From: an uncultured Candidatus Binatia bacterium
GTDB taxonomy: Bacteria > Desulfobacterota > Binatia > UBA9968 > CAXXLF01
Reading direction: 5' to 3'
Length of the DNA stretch: 64,000 nt
NCBI GenBank assembly: GCA_965218425.1
Contig: OZ244621.1
Span: 1,536,001-1,600,000, forward strand
Part shown: positions 38,085 to 46,479 of the stretch, piece after piece
How the letters are laid out: every line of letters begins with the position of its first letter
Numbering within the stretch: the first letter of the stretch is position 1
Position numbers and translations under genes: made by a program
Notes under the pieces: generated by a model
Databases searched by the model: none
Told to the model about the DNA's origin: nothing
Seen by the model: the letters and a program-made list of their open reading frames with translations, nothing else

Positions 38085-40604
38085 TTAACCGCCCCACACT
38101 CGCCCGATGGCCGCGCTGATCTTCTTCTCGAAACGTTCGATCAACTCGCGGTTGGCGGCGACGAGGGCTTGCTCGGCTTCGATTTCGGCGACGATTGCTT
38201 GCTGCGTGTCAGGAGGCGGCAGAGGTATTTCTGTATGGAATAGTTGGGATCTGTTGATCTTTGGAATGCTCGCACGCTCGTAGTGGTGGCAAATACGCTG
38301 GTTAAATGATTCTGACAACATGTATACGGACAAATAGTGAATTTTAATCTTCGAACTGTTCGTTATCAGCGGATAGATGTCGGAACTGCAATAGCCATGA
38401 ATGTCAACAATTCCGAGTTTGTTCAGGTAAGGTCGGATTTTACTGTACAAAAGGCGCTCGCCGGAGAACTCGTAGACTGGTCCGCTGACTCCTTGATTCT
38501 GAGCTGTCTCCACTTTTAAAAATTTACCGGTATGTGATTCAATGCTGTCAGAGCCGAAGTAAGGTAGTGTAGGATTCACTGTCTTCGTAATTGATCCACC
38601 CATTGTGCAGATCTTTCCCAACTCCACCATCGGCCACTCGGGGTCAATTGCGATATGCGGCCGGTAGTTGTCTACCACCGCCCGCGCCCCGTCTATCACA
38701 CGCTGGTAGCCCTCTATCTCCGCCACGATCTCCCGCTGCACCTCCGGCGGGGGCAGGGGGATTTCCAGATTTGCGAACGACTGCCAGCCTATACGAGGAA
38801 GCTGTGCACCTTTGAGTTGGCTCAAGACTTCATCATTAAAGTGACCACTTCGAAAGACATAGGCGTACAAGGCTGGTAAGACGCGTCCATCCAAGGATCG
38901 GACAACGAATATATCAGTCGAGCAGATGCCCTTCCGATCCGAGAGCCACACCTTGTTGAGGTTCGGCCGTAACTTTCCATAGAGAATATCGCCGGGACAG
39001 AAGACATTCTTAAGACTCTTGATCCCTGCTGGATTATCGGTCGCGACATTCCCCGATAGTTGCCCGCTGGTCTGAGTGATGTTTTCCAGCCCTATGCAAT
39101 TCACGGGACCACGGAGCGACATCGGCAAGACAGTTTCCTCCGCCTTCTTGAATACATCTCTCACTCTCACGGAAGGCCACTCGGATAGGATGGAGTGTTC
39201 AGTCCGATACCTTTCCCCGCTCAGGTTGTAGTCCCCGCCCGCCGCTATCTTCTCCTTCTCGGCGATCAGACCGAATGCGGGTCGATAGTCGTCCGTTGTG
39301 TACCGCGCCCCAGGTTCCGCTACACGATCCGTCGGCGTCGGCTGAATTGCGTCCACGGATTCGCCCGCCCGCAACCGGCGCAGATATTCGCCAAGCTCGG
39401 CCCGCACGTGAGGCAGGTCGTTCCTGTCGATGGGCCGGCGCTGGGCGCCGAGGTCGTAGCCGTCGTTTGCCACCTTGAAGAAACCTATGCGGCCGGTCTT
39501 CTTCGCCAGCGACTTGTCGAGGATCAGGATCGAGGTCTTGACGCCGGAGTAGGGATTGAACACCCCGGCGGGCAGCGAGACGACGGCGACGAGGCACTCC
39601 TCCACCAGCATCCTGCGCAGTCCCTTGTGGGCGGTCTGGCTCTGGAAGACGATGCCTTCGGGCACGATGATGCCGGCGCGGCCGGAAGGCGTCAGGTGCT
39701 CGGCCATGTAGTCCACGAACAGCACCTCGCTCCGCTTGGACTGGACGGAGAAGCGGTTGTGCGGCCTGATGCCGCCCTTGGGCGACATGAACGGAGGGTT
39801 GGCGAGGATCACGTCGGCGTACTCGTTCCAGCGGTCCTGGCTGGTGAGGGTGTCGTATTCGGATATGTGCGGATCGGCGAAGCCGTGCAGGTACAGGTTC
39901 ACCAGCGACAGGCGCACCATGTCGGGCGAGATGTCGTAGCCGTTGAAGTCGGCGGCAAGCTTCCCTTTTTCGTCGGGTGTCAGCGTGCTGTGCCTCTCGT
40001 CGTCGGTGTTGGCTTCGAGGATGTGCTTGTAGGACGAGATCAGGAATCCGGCGGTGCCGCAGGCGGGGTCGAGTACGGCCTCGTCCTTCTTCGGGTCGAC
40101 GACGGCGACGATGAAGTCGATGATATGGCGCGGGGTGCGGAACTGTCCGGCGTCGCCCTGCGAGCCGAGGACGGACAGCAGGTACTCGAAGGCGTCGCCG
40201 AGCCGTTCGGAGTGGTCGTAGGCGAACTCGTCGATGACCTTGAGAAAGGCGCGCAGGGTCTCGGGGTCGCGGTAGGGCAGGAAGGCGTTCTTGAAGATCT
40301 CGCGGAACAGCGGCGGGATGCCGGGGTTCTCCGGCATCCTGGCGATAGCCTCGGCGTAGAGGTCGAGAACCTCGTGTCCCCCCAGCCCCGAGCGCATCAG
40401 CTTGGCCCAGCCGTAGCGGGCGAACCCGCCGGCGAAAAATCTCCGCGCGCCCCCGAGTTCCTCGCTCCCGGCGTCCATGTCGTCCATGAACTTGTAGATC
40501 AGCGCGATGGTGATCTGCTCGACCTGGCTCTTGGGGTCGGGCACCTTGCCCACGAGAACGTCGCGGGCGGTGTCGATGCGGCGCTTGGTGTCGGTGTCCA
40601 GCAT
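38085..40604 (-). CDS. Type I R-M N6-adenine methyltransferase fused to the specificity subunit (HsdM-HsdS)
   Basis: GQFRTPRH, DPACGTAGFL, NPPF, then two TRDs each followed by IPLPP...Q..IV. Confidence 0.9.
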   Translation of the reverse strand: MLDTDTKRRIDTARDVLVGKVPDPKSQVEQITIALIYKFMDDMDAGSEELGGARRFFAGGFARYGWAKLMRSGLGGHEVLDLYAEAIARMPENPGIPPLFREIFKNAFLPYRDPETLRAFLKVIDEFAYDHSERLGDAFEYLLSVLGSQGDAGQFRTPRHIIDFIVAVVDPKKDEAVLDPACGTAGFLISSYKHILEANTDDERHSTLTPDEKGKLAADFNGYDISPDMVRLSLVNLYLHGFADPHISEYDTLTSQDRWNEYADVILANPPFMSPKGGIRPHNRFSVQSKRSEVLFVDYMAEHLTPSGRAGIIVPEGIVFQSQTAHKGLRRMLVEECLVAVVSLPAGVFNPYSGVKTSILILDKSLAKKTGRIGFFKVANDGYDLGAQRRPIDRNDLPHVRAELGEYLRRLRAGESVDAIQPTPTDRVAEPGARYTTDDYRPAFGLIAEKEKIAAGGDYNLSGERYRTEHSILSEWPSVRVRDVFKKAEETVLPMSLRGPVNCIGLENITQTSGQLSGNVATDNPAGIKSLKNVFCPGDILYGKLRPNLNKVWLSDRKGICSTDIFVVRSLDGRVLPALYAYVFRSGHFNDEVLSQLKGAQLPRIGWQSFANLEIPLPPPEVQREIVAEIEGYQRVIDGARAVVDNYRPHIAIDPEWPMVELGKICTMGGSITKTVNPTLPYFGSDSIESHTGKFLKVETAQNQGVSGPVYEFSGERLLYSKIRPYLNKLGIVDIHGYCSSDIYPLITNSSKIKIHYLSVYMLSESFNQRICHHYERASIPKINRSQLFHTEIPLPPPDTQQAIVAEIEAEQALVAANRELIERFEKKISAAIGRVWGG

Positions 40605-40613
40605 GGAGAGACT

Positions 40614-43142
40614 CTATGGGGCGAACTGGTTCAGGGAGACGTAATCCTTGACGTATTCCGGAATGAGACTGCGGTATTTCTCCGGCACGGCGCGGAAGTC
40701 GCGGGTGGAGAAAACCGGGTTGGTTGCCAGGTCGGTGAAGCGCTTGCCGTCGATGATCTCGCGGATCCGGTTGCTGGCGGCATAAGCCTTGAAGTAGCTC
40801 TTGATGGCCGGGATGGACCTGAACTCTTCGGGCTTGTAGTCGGCGACGAACTTGGCGAACTCCTCTTCCAGCAGCTCGTCCTTGGACTTGAAGCGGGGGA
40901 TAAGGCCGAAGACCTTCTCCAGGATCTCGCGCAAGGTCAGGCGGCGGTCCACGGCCGCGGCCCGGCGCAGCTTGGCGAGGGTGTAGTACTCCTCGGGCTT
41001 GTCGAAGACCTCGCGGTTGACGTAGTCGATGACCCGGTCCCACTGGCCGGCTTCGATGGCCGTCGCGATGATTTCGTCCTTACGCACGGCGTCTTCGAAC
41101 TTCTCGAAGAACATGCGGTCGATCTTCATCCCTTCGAATCCGATTTCTTCCTCCTTGATGAGCGACAGGATGTCGGGTCCCAAGTGCTCGTATGCGCCGC
41201 CGACGACCACGGGGCCATCGCCCCCGTCGCCGTTGCCGTCCCCGGGCGGCGGCAGCGTCAGCACCTCGTCGTAGTTGAACTCGGTCTCGAAGTACTCGCA
41301 GTTGCCGAAGAAATCGAAGAGCTTGAAGGCCGTCTTGTCCGGCCTGGCGACGGCGGCCTTGAGGCTGTCGTCGAAAAGCTGTTCGAGGAAGTCGTGCCTG
41401 CGGGTGCCGCGTCCCTTGATCTGGATGAAGTCGGTGGGTGAGAAGATGGGCCGGAACATGCCGAGATTGAGGATATCGGTGCAGTCGTAGCCGGTGGTCA
41501 TCATGCCGACCGTCACGCAGATACGGGCCTTGCCGGTCCTGTAGCCGGGCAGGAAGTTGCCCGAGCCGAGCAGGTTGTTGTTGGCGAAGTTGATGGTGAG
41601 CCGTTGGGCGTCCGGTATCTCGGAGGTGACCTGCACGGCGAAGTCCGACTGGTACTTGCCGGGGAACATGCGGTCGGCCATCCGGTTGAGGATCTGCGCC
41701 AGCTTGGCCGCGTGGTTCTGGCTGACGGCGAAGACGATGGATTTGCCGATCTCGCCGCTGACGGGGTCGCGCAGCGCATTCTCGAGAAAGGTCTTGCAGA
41801 AGAGCCGGTTGGTGGCTTCGGAAAAGAAGCGCTTCTCGAACTCGCGCTGCCCGTACGCCTCCTGCTCATCCTCGCCGCCGTTATCGGTGAACGGGACGAT
41901 AAAGCCTTCTTGGGAGAGGAGTCGGGTGGTTACTTCCGTACGCGCGTCCACCACGGTCGGGTTGACCAGAAAACCGTCTTTCACGCCGTCGAGCAGTGAG
42001 TAGCGAAAGGTCGGCTCACCGCTCTCGCAGCCGAAGGTGCGGTAGGTGTCCATCAGCAGCCGGCGCTCGGCTTCGCGCGGGTCCGTCGCCGCGGGGACGG
42101 CATGGTCGAAGCCCTTCAGGTAGTCGCGGGGCGTCGCGGTGAGGCCGAGCTTGTAGCCGACGAAGTAATCGAACACCGCCCGGGCGTTGCCGCCGATGGA
42201 GCGGTGCGCTTCATCCGAGATGACGAGGTCGAAGTCGGTGGGCGAGAAGAGCTTTTGGTACTTGTTGTTGAACAGCAGGGACTGCACGGTGGCGACGACG
42301 ATCTCCGCGCGACGCCAGTCGTCCCGCTTCTCCTTGTAGATGACCGTCTGGAAGTCGGCGGAAAGCAGCGCGGTGAAGACCTTGCGGGCCTGGTCCTCCA
42401 GCTCCAGGCGGTCCACCAGGAAAAGCGCGCGGCGGGCGTTGCGGGAGCGCAGGAACAGCTTGACGACGGCGGCGGCCGTGAGCGTCTTGCCCGTGCCGGT
42501 GGCCATCTCGAACAGGAACCGGTCCCCGCCGTCCTTTACGCTGCGTTGAAGGGCATGGACGGCTTTAAGCTGATAAGGGCGCAGAAAGCGCAGCTTGTCG
42601 GCCTGGATAAAGCCGGGGCGCTCGGCTTCGTTCTTCCAGGCCGCCTCGGAGGCGTAGTTCGGACGCTGGGTCAGGACGATATAGTCACCGGCGACCGGCT
42701 CATCGATCAAGCGCTTCGGGTCGGGCGTGACCTTTCGGTAGCCGTCCGCCGAGTCGGGCGCAGGGAACGAGGTGATGACGTAGGGGTTGCCGCGTTCGAG
42801 ATCCCAAAAGTAGTGCAGGTTGCCGTTCGAGAGGATCACGAAGCGGCAGTTCTGCGACCGGGCGTACTTGCGGGCCTGCTCTTTACCCGCCAGCGGACTC
42901 TTGTCCTCGGCCTTGGCCTCAAGAACGATGAGCGGGAATCCCTTGCCGTCGAGCAGCAGGAAGTCGATGAAACCCTTGGAGGTCTTCTCGAAATCGTGAC
43001 CCAGCGCGTCGAGGTCGGATTGCTCGATCGTGACGCTTAGTTCGAGGCAGACGTTGGCGGGGCCGTCTCCCTCCGGGAAGAAACGCCAGCCGGCTGCTTC
43101 CAGCAGCTTGTTGATCTTGATACGCGCTGCGGCTTCGCTCAT
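40614..43142 (-). CDS. hsdR: Type I restriction endonuclease subunit R
   Basis: IDFLL...VLEAK nuclease motif, RPYQ, MATGTGKT, DEAHRS, TATP, QIKGRGTR. Confidence 0.9.
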   Translation of the reverse strand: MSEAAARIKINKLLEAAGWRFFPEGDGPANVCLELSVTIEQSDLDALGHDFEKTSKGFIDFLLLDGKGFPLIVLEAKAEDKSPLAGKEQARKYARSQNCRFVILSNGNLHYFWDLERGNPYVITSFPAPDSADGYRKVTPDPKRLIDEPVAGDYIVLTQRPNYASEAAWKNEAERPGFIQADKLRFLRPYQLKAVHALQRSVKDGGDRFLFEMATGTGKTLTAAAVVKLFLRSRNARRALFLVDRLELEDQARKVFTALLSADFQTVIYKEKRDDWRRAEIVVATVQSLLFNNKYQKLFSPTDFDLVISDEAHRSIGGNARAVFDYFVGYKLGLTATPRDYLKGFDHAVPAATDPREAERRLLMDTYRTFGCESGEPTFRYSLLDGVKDGFLVNPTVVDARTEVTTRLLSQEGFIVPFTDNGGEDEQEAYGQREFEKRFFSEATNRLFCKTFLENALRDPVSGEIGKSIVFAVSQNHAAKLAQILNRMADRMFPGKYQSDFAVQVTSEIPDAQRLTINFANNNLLGSGNFLPGYRTGKARICVTVGMMTTGYDCTDILNLGMFRPIFSPTDFIQIKGRGTRRHDFLEQLFDDSLKAAVARPDKTAFKLFDFFGNCEYFETEFNYDEVLTLPPPGDGNGDGGDGPVVVGGAYEHLGPDILSLIKEEEIGFEGMKIDRMFFEKFEDAVRKDEIIATAIEAGQWDRVIDYVNREVFDKPEEYYTLAKLRRAAAVDRRLTLREILEKVFGLIPRFKSKDELLEEEFAKFVADYKPEEFRSIPAIKSYFKAYAASNRIREIIDGKRFTDLATNPVFSTRDFRAVPEKYRSLIPEYVKDYVSLNQFAP

Positions 43143-43243
43143 GGGCACGAAGCCTCTTTGCCGACGCCTCGGGTCGAGGCCGGCGCTTCTCGCAATACCC
43201 TTTTCCCCATGAACAAATCCCTCTGCTTACCGGAGCTTATCGC

Positions 43244-43561
43244 CTATCGAACGGTGTGGATCTTCAGGTGAAGCCCCTCGCGTTTCTGGAGGTAGCCGAT
43301 GATCTTAAACAGGTTGCGGGCCTGAGGATTGCCGTTGGGGCCGAACATGCGCATCAGGCTCTTGGGCGACTTCGCGATCAACCCGCCAAGCTCCTGGAAG
43401 CCGATGGTGGCGTTGATGTAGTCGTGCAGTACCGCCTTGCCGGTGTCCAGGTCGCCGGAGAGCAGGCACTCGACTCCTTCTTTGAGCAACTCCTCGCGGA
43501 AGGCAGGGTCGCGCTCAATACGCGCCAGAATCGTTTCCTTGAAGTTTCGTGTCAAAGACAT
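43244..43561 (-). CDS. Addiction-module antidote / HTH transcriptional regulator
   Basis: MSLTRNFKET...DYINATIGFQEL...KSLMRMFGPNGNPQARNLF. Confidence 0.8.
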   Translation of the reverse strand: MSLTRNFKETILARIERDPAFREELLKEGVECLLSGDLDTGKAVLHDYINATIGFQELGGLIAKSPKSLMRMFGPNGNPQARNLFKIIGYLQKREGLHLKIHTVR

Positions 43562-43566
43562 GGTTC

Positions 43567-43654
43567 TCAAGTCTCCCGCCGCTTGCGCCGCCTGTATTCC
43601 CGCCAGAGGTCGTGGGCGGCCTTGGGTGTCAAAGTACTCCCTGATTTCAATCAT
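43567..43654 (-). pseudogene. RelE/ParE-family killer toxin with internal deletion
   Basis: MIEIREYFDTQG joined out of frame to AHDLWREYRRRKRRET*. Confidence 0.7.
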
Positions 43655-43662
43655 TGCCGTCA

Positions 43663-43680
43663 GGTAACCGATACGTTACC
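43663..43680. promoter_or_regulatory. Toxin-antitoxin operator palindrome
   Basis: GGTAAC-cgatac-GTTACC just upstream of the toxin start. Confidence 0.55.
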
Positions 43681-43740
43681 ATCCAGCGAGCCTCGGCTGC
43701 AAGTGTCTGTATTGGGCCTCCACATTTTGCACTTTCGTAT

Positions 43741-43885
43741 CCGGGGTCAGGCAACATGAAAAAGGGGTCAAGCTCCAGCAAGATGGCGGTTGTACCGGCC
43801 GTCAAACCTGAAAGGAGAAGACCCCATGCTTTACGTCGGGTTAGACTGTCACAAACGATGCGCCCGGGTAAATGCCATCGACGAG
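43741..43885 (+). mobile_element. Miniature element A, copy 3 (5' half)
   Basis: CCGGGGTCAGGCAACATG...ATGCTTTACGTCGGGTTAGAC. Confidence 0.78.
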
Positions 43886-44039
43886 GCGCCCGTCGGCGCA
43901 GCGGTTCGGAAATAATTGAGAACGGCCGGGAAAATCGGAGAAATTCCCGGGCAAGATAACCCAAAAATCGCCCATGCAAAGCCCCTAAAAGGGGCGTGCA
44001 TCGACCGCGCTCGATGCCGCCGGAAACAGAAAAACGTCA

Positions 44040-44229
44040 TGCATGCAGGAAGTCGATACGGACTGAAACGGTCACGGTGGCGTGGTCGTCGGCGGGCACC
44101 GATTCGGGATTGCTTGACAGCGATAGTGCAGAACATCGAGCTGTTGATTGATCATGCACGGCCAAAACCCGGAGCGGTTATGACTCGGTTGGATCTATTG
44201 CGCTATTTAACCGACGCTTGGGCAACAGC
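44040..44229 (+). pseudogene. IS1182 transposase 3' remnant with its right end
   Basis: SRYGLKRSRWRG...IRDCLTAIVQNIELL, then TTGGGCAACAGC. Confidence 0.72.
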
Positions 44230-44236
44230 CCGACAA

Positions 44237-44251
44237 GACGTGACCCCGATG
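44237..44251 (-). repeat. Right arm of REP-like target hairpin
   Basis: GACGTGACCCCGATG. Confidence 0.75.
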
Positions 44252-44403
44252 CGTAGAGCTTGCAGCCGAATCGGGTCGGCAGACCTTTAAGATAAGAATC
44301 GTAAGGTGATGTTCCCGGTCATCGTCATCGCGGAAGATGAGCCGGCGGCGGATACGAAGTTCCATTGTAGTTCCGAATGGGAGGGGGACGGTCGGATGAT
44401 TCG

Positions 44404-45189
44404 TCAGAGATGGCGGTTCAGGAAATCTATGGTCCGCTGGTGGGCGAGACGTGCCGCCGGCGCATCGAACGCCGCCCCGTCCTCGACGTCAAAACGGTCG
44501 CCGGCGCCTTTGTAGATGTGGACTTCCGTATTCTTATTCCGCGCCATAACTCGTTCGGCGAGCTCCTTCACGGCGTCCAGATCGCTGTCGGCCGCTTTTT
44601 CCGGATAGTGCGCGATAAGCGGCGCTTCCATTTTGTCCAGCCGGTAGGCGGCCGGGGCCGTGATGGCCCCGCTATCGCTATAGTAGACAACGGATGCGCC
44701 GATGTCGAACCCGGCCACCGCCATGTGAAATGACCAGGCGGCCCCGTATCCCCAGCCTGCTACCGCGACGCGCCCGCCATCGACCTGAGGCAGGGAGCGG
44801 AGGTAGGAGAGTCCGCTTCTCATGTTTCTAAACACCACACGGTGATTGCTTTTCTTTATCTGCTCGCCAATGACGGGTCGGACCTCTTCTGCCGAGGCAT
44901 AGGTCTTGCCGTCGAAAGCGTCCAGCGCCAAAGTGACGAACCCGGCGGCGGCAAAGGCCCTCGCCCTTTTCCGCATCTCGTTATTCAGCCCCCCGAAATC
45001 ATGCATGAGGATCAACGTCGGCGCTTTCCCGGCGTTGTCGGGCGTAGCGAGAAACCCCCTTACGTCCCCGTAATAGGCAACCGTTTTTTCCTGAACCGCA
45101 TGGGCACCGAACGGCGCAAGGAGCGTAGCCGCAACGGCCAGCGCCGCCTTGCAGATCAGCCTTCGTGCTCGATGTTTCATCGAATGCAT
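44404..45189 (-). CDS. Secreted dienelactone hydrolase-family protein, catalytic residues substituted
   Basis: HDFGGLN, AGFVTLALD, RVAVAGWGYGA, VVYY, HIYKGAGDRF. Confidence 0.8.
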   Translation of the reverse strand: MHSMKHRARRLICKAALAVAATLLAPFGAHAVQEKTVAYYGDVRGFLATPDNAGKAPTLILMHDFGGLNNEMRKRARAFAAAGFVTLALDAFDGKTYASAEEVRPVIGEQIKKSNHRVVFRNMRSGLSYLRSLPQVDGGRVAVAGWGYGAAWSFHMAVAGFDIGASVVYYSDSGAITAPAAYRLDKMEAPLIAHYPEKAADSDLDAVKELAERVMARNKNTEVHIYKGAGDRFDVEDGAAFDAPAARLAHQRTIDFLNRHL

Positions 45190-45355
45190 GCTCGTTCCCT
45201 CCAGTCGTCACATGTTCGCAGCACCCCGCCGTGCGTCTGGCCCGAACACCTCGGTTTCCCACCCATGCTACGATAATAGACTCTATCCGGTTCCATGCCG
45301 CCCGGTTCAGCAACCGGACCCGCGTCATCGGCGCCTCCCCAGGCGGTCCCGCCGC

Positions 45356-45558
45356 TACACCGAAGCGAGAGAGGTGGCGAACTATCTAACGGGGTGGTAC
45401 AGTTCAATGGGGCGAGTGGAGACGGGCGGGCCGGCCGGGCTGGATCATGGAACGGTAAGCAATGCGGTCGGCCGAGCCGCCGAGAGCAAGGACCGGGGCC
45501 TGGGCGCGGCTTTGAACGAAGCCGTGGCAGAAACCGAGAATCCATAGACACGGGCCCC
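45356..45558 (+). pseudogene. RAYT C-terminal HTH remnant
   Basis: EAREVANYL...GLDHGTVSNAVGR...* followed by ACACGGGCCCC (degenerate end motif). Confidence 0.5.
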
Positions 45559-45576
45559 GGGGCGGGAGACAACGAA

Positions 45577-46443
45577 ATGAGATCGTCATCGTGGAAACTA
45601 AGCGCCATCGGAGCCGCACTGGGAATATGCGCCGTGATCGGCGCGGCGGGACAGAGCGCGGCCGGAGAGGCGAAGCGTTCGGGGTGGTACATAGGCGCGG
45701 GCGTCGGGATGAACTGGACATCCGAGATGGAGCAGGCGGGCCGCAACCGGGACACCATCTGTTACCCGAACAACGATTGCACCGGCGCCGCGCCCGGGGG
45801 CTATCGATGGCACTACGACCTCTCTGCGGACGGCGGCGCCGCGTTCGAAATCTCAGCCGGCCGCATGTTCGACAGAGCGCGCCTGGAATTGTCTTTGACC
45901 GAGCGAAGAAACGACGTTGAACAAAAATTCACCGGCATCACCTACCTTGACGGATCCGCCATCGTACCCGACCCGGCGAGCAACTATACGGAGTCCGCCG
46001 CGACCGAGATCGATCGTCTGACGGTGCGCACCGTTTCGCTCAACGTCTACTACGACTTCCCCCTTGCGAAGAGCCGGCTCACGCCTTACCTGGGCGCCGG
46101 AGTGGGTGTCTCTTTCGTCAAATTGTCGGGGCTGTATTACCACAGCCGATACTCGTGCAAGGATCCCTCATCGAATTGCGAGAGACCCGAGCAGTACAAC
46201 GGCCGGCAGGATGTCGACCTGTCCGATACCGTCCTCTCCAAGAGCCTCTACGCCGGCGTCGACTACCGCCTGAATGACAGTTTTCTGCTGGGCCTGAAGC
46301 TATCTTACGGCCTGGTGGACGACATGGAGGACAAAAGCGGTTACTCCGAGCATGCGGTTCCCGGCCTCACCAGCCTCACCAAAATAAGCGACATGGACCA
46401 CCTGTCTCTGATGCTCGCCCTGAAGTACCGGTTCGGCGACTGA
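45577..46443 (+). CDS. Outer membrane beta-barrel protein (OmpW/Msp4-like)
   Basis: Signal peptide, GWYIGAGVG, LNVYYDF, TPYLGAGVG, C-terminal KYRF. Confidence 0.82.
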   Translation: MRSSSWKLSAIGAALGICAVIGAAGQSAAGEAKRSGWYIGAGVGMNWTSEMEQAGRNRDTICYPNNDCTGAAPGGYRWHYDLSADGGAAFEISAGRMFDRARLELSLTERRNDVEQKFTGITYLDGSAIVPDPASNYTESAATEIDRLTVRTVSLNVYYDFPLAKSRLTPYLGAGVGVSFVKLSGLYYHSRYSCKDPSSNCERPEQYNGRQDVDLSDTVLSKSLYAGVDYRLNDSFLLGLKLSYGLVDDMEDKSGYSEHAVPGLTSLTKISDMDHLSLMLALKYRFGD

Positions 46444-46479
46444 CGCCGCTCAACGTTCCCCTCGCCTGCGGCCGAGCCG

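Larger units (their letters stand above)
24583..44229. mobile_element. Decayed IS1182-family composite transposon, 19.6 kb
   Basis: Inverted ~55 bp IS ends (24583-24637 and 44175-44229); CCGA direct repeat at 24579-24582 and 44230-44233; transposase remnants inside. Confidence 0.75.

Noticed and set aside
39195..41441. 748 aa (+) and 614 aa (-) alternative ORFs
   Set aside because: Shadows of hsdM/hsdR caused by high GC3
24969..44251. Repeats interpreted as a CRISPR array, DGR or classical integron
   Set aside because: No regular repeat-spacer period, no cas genes, no reverse transcriptase, no tyrosine integrase and no clear attC sites seen; differences between copies are not adenine-specific
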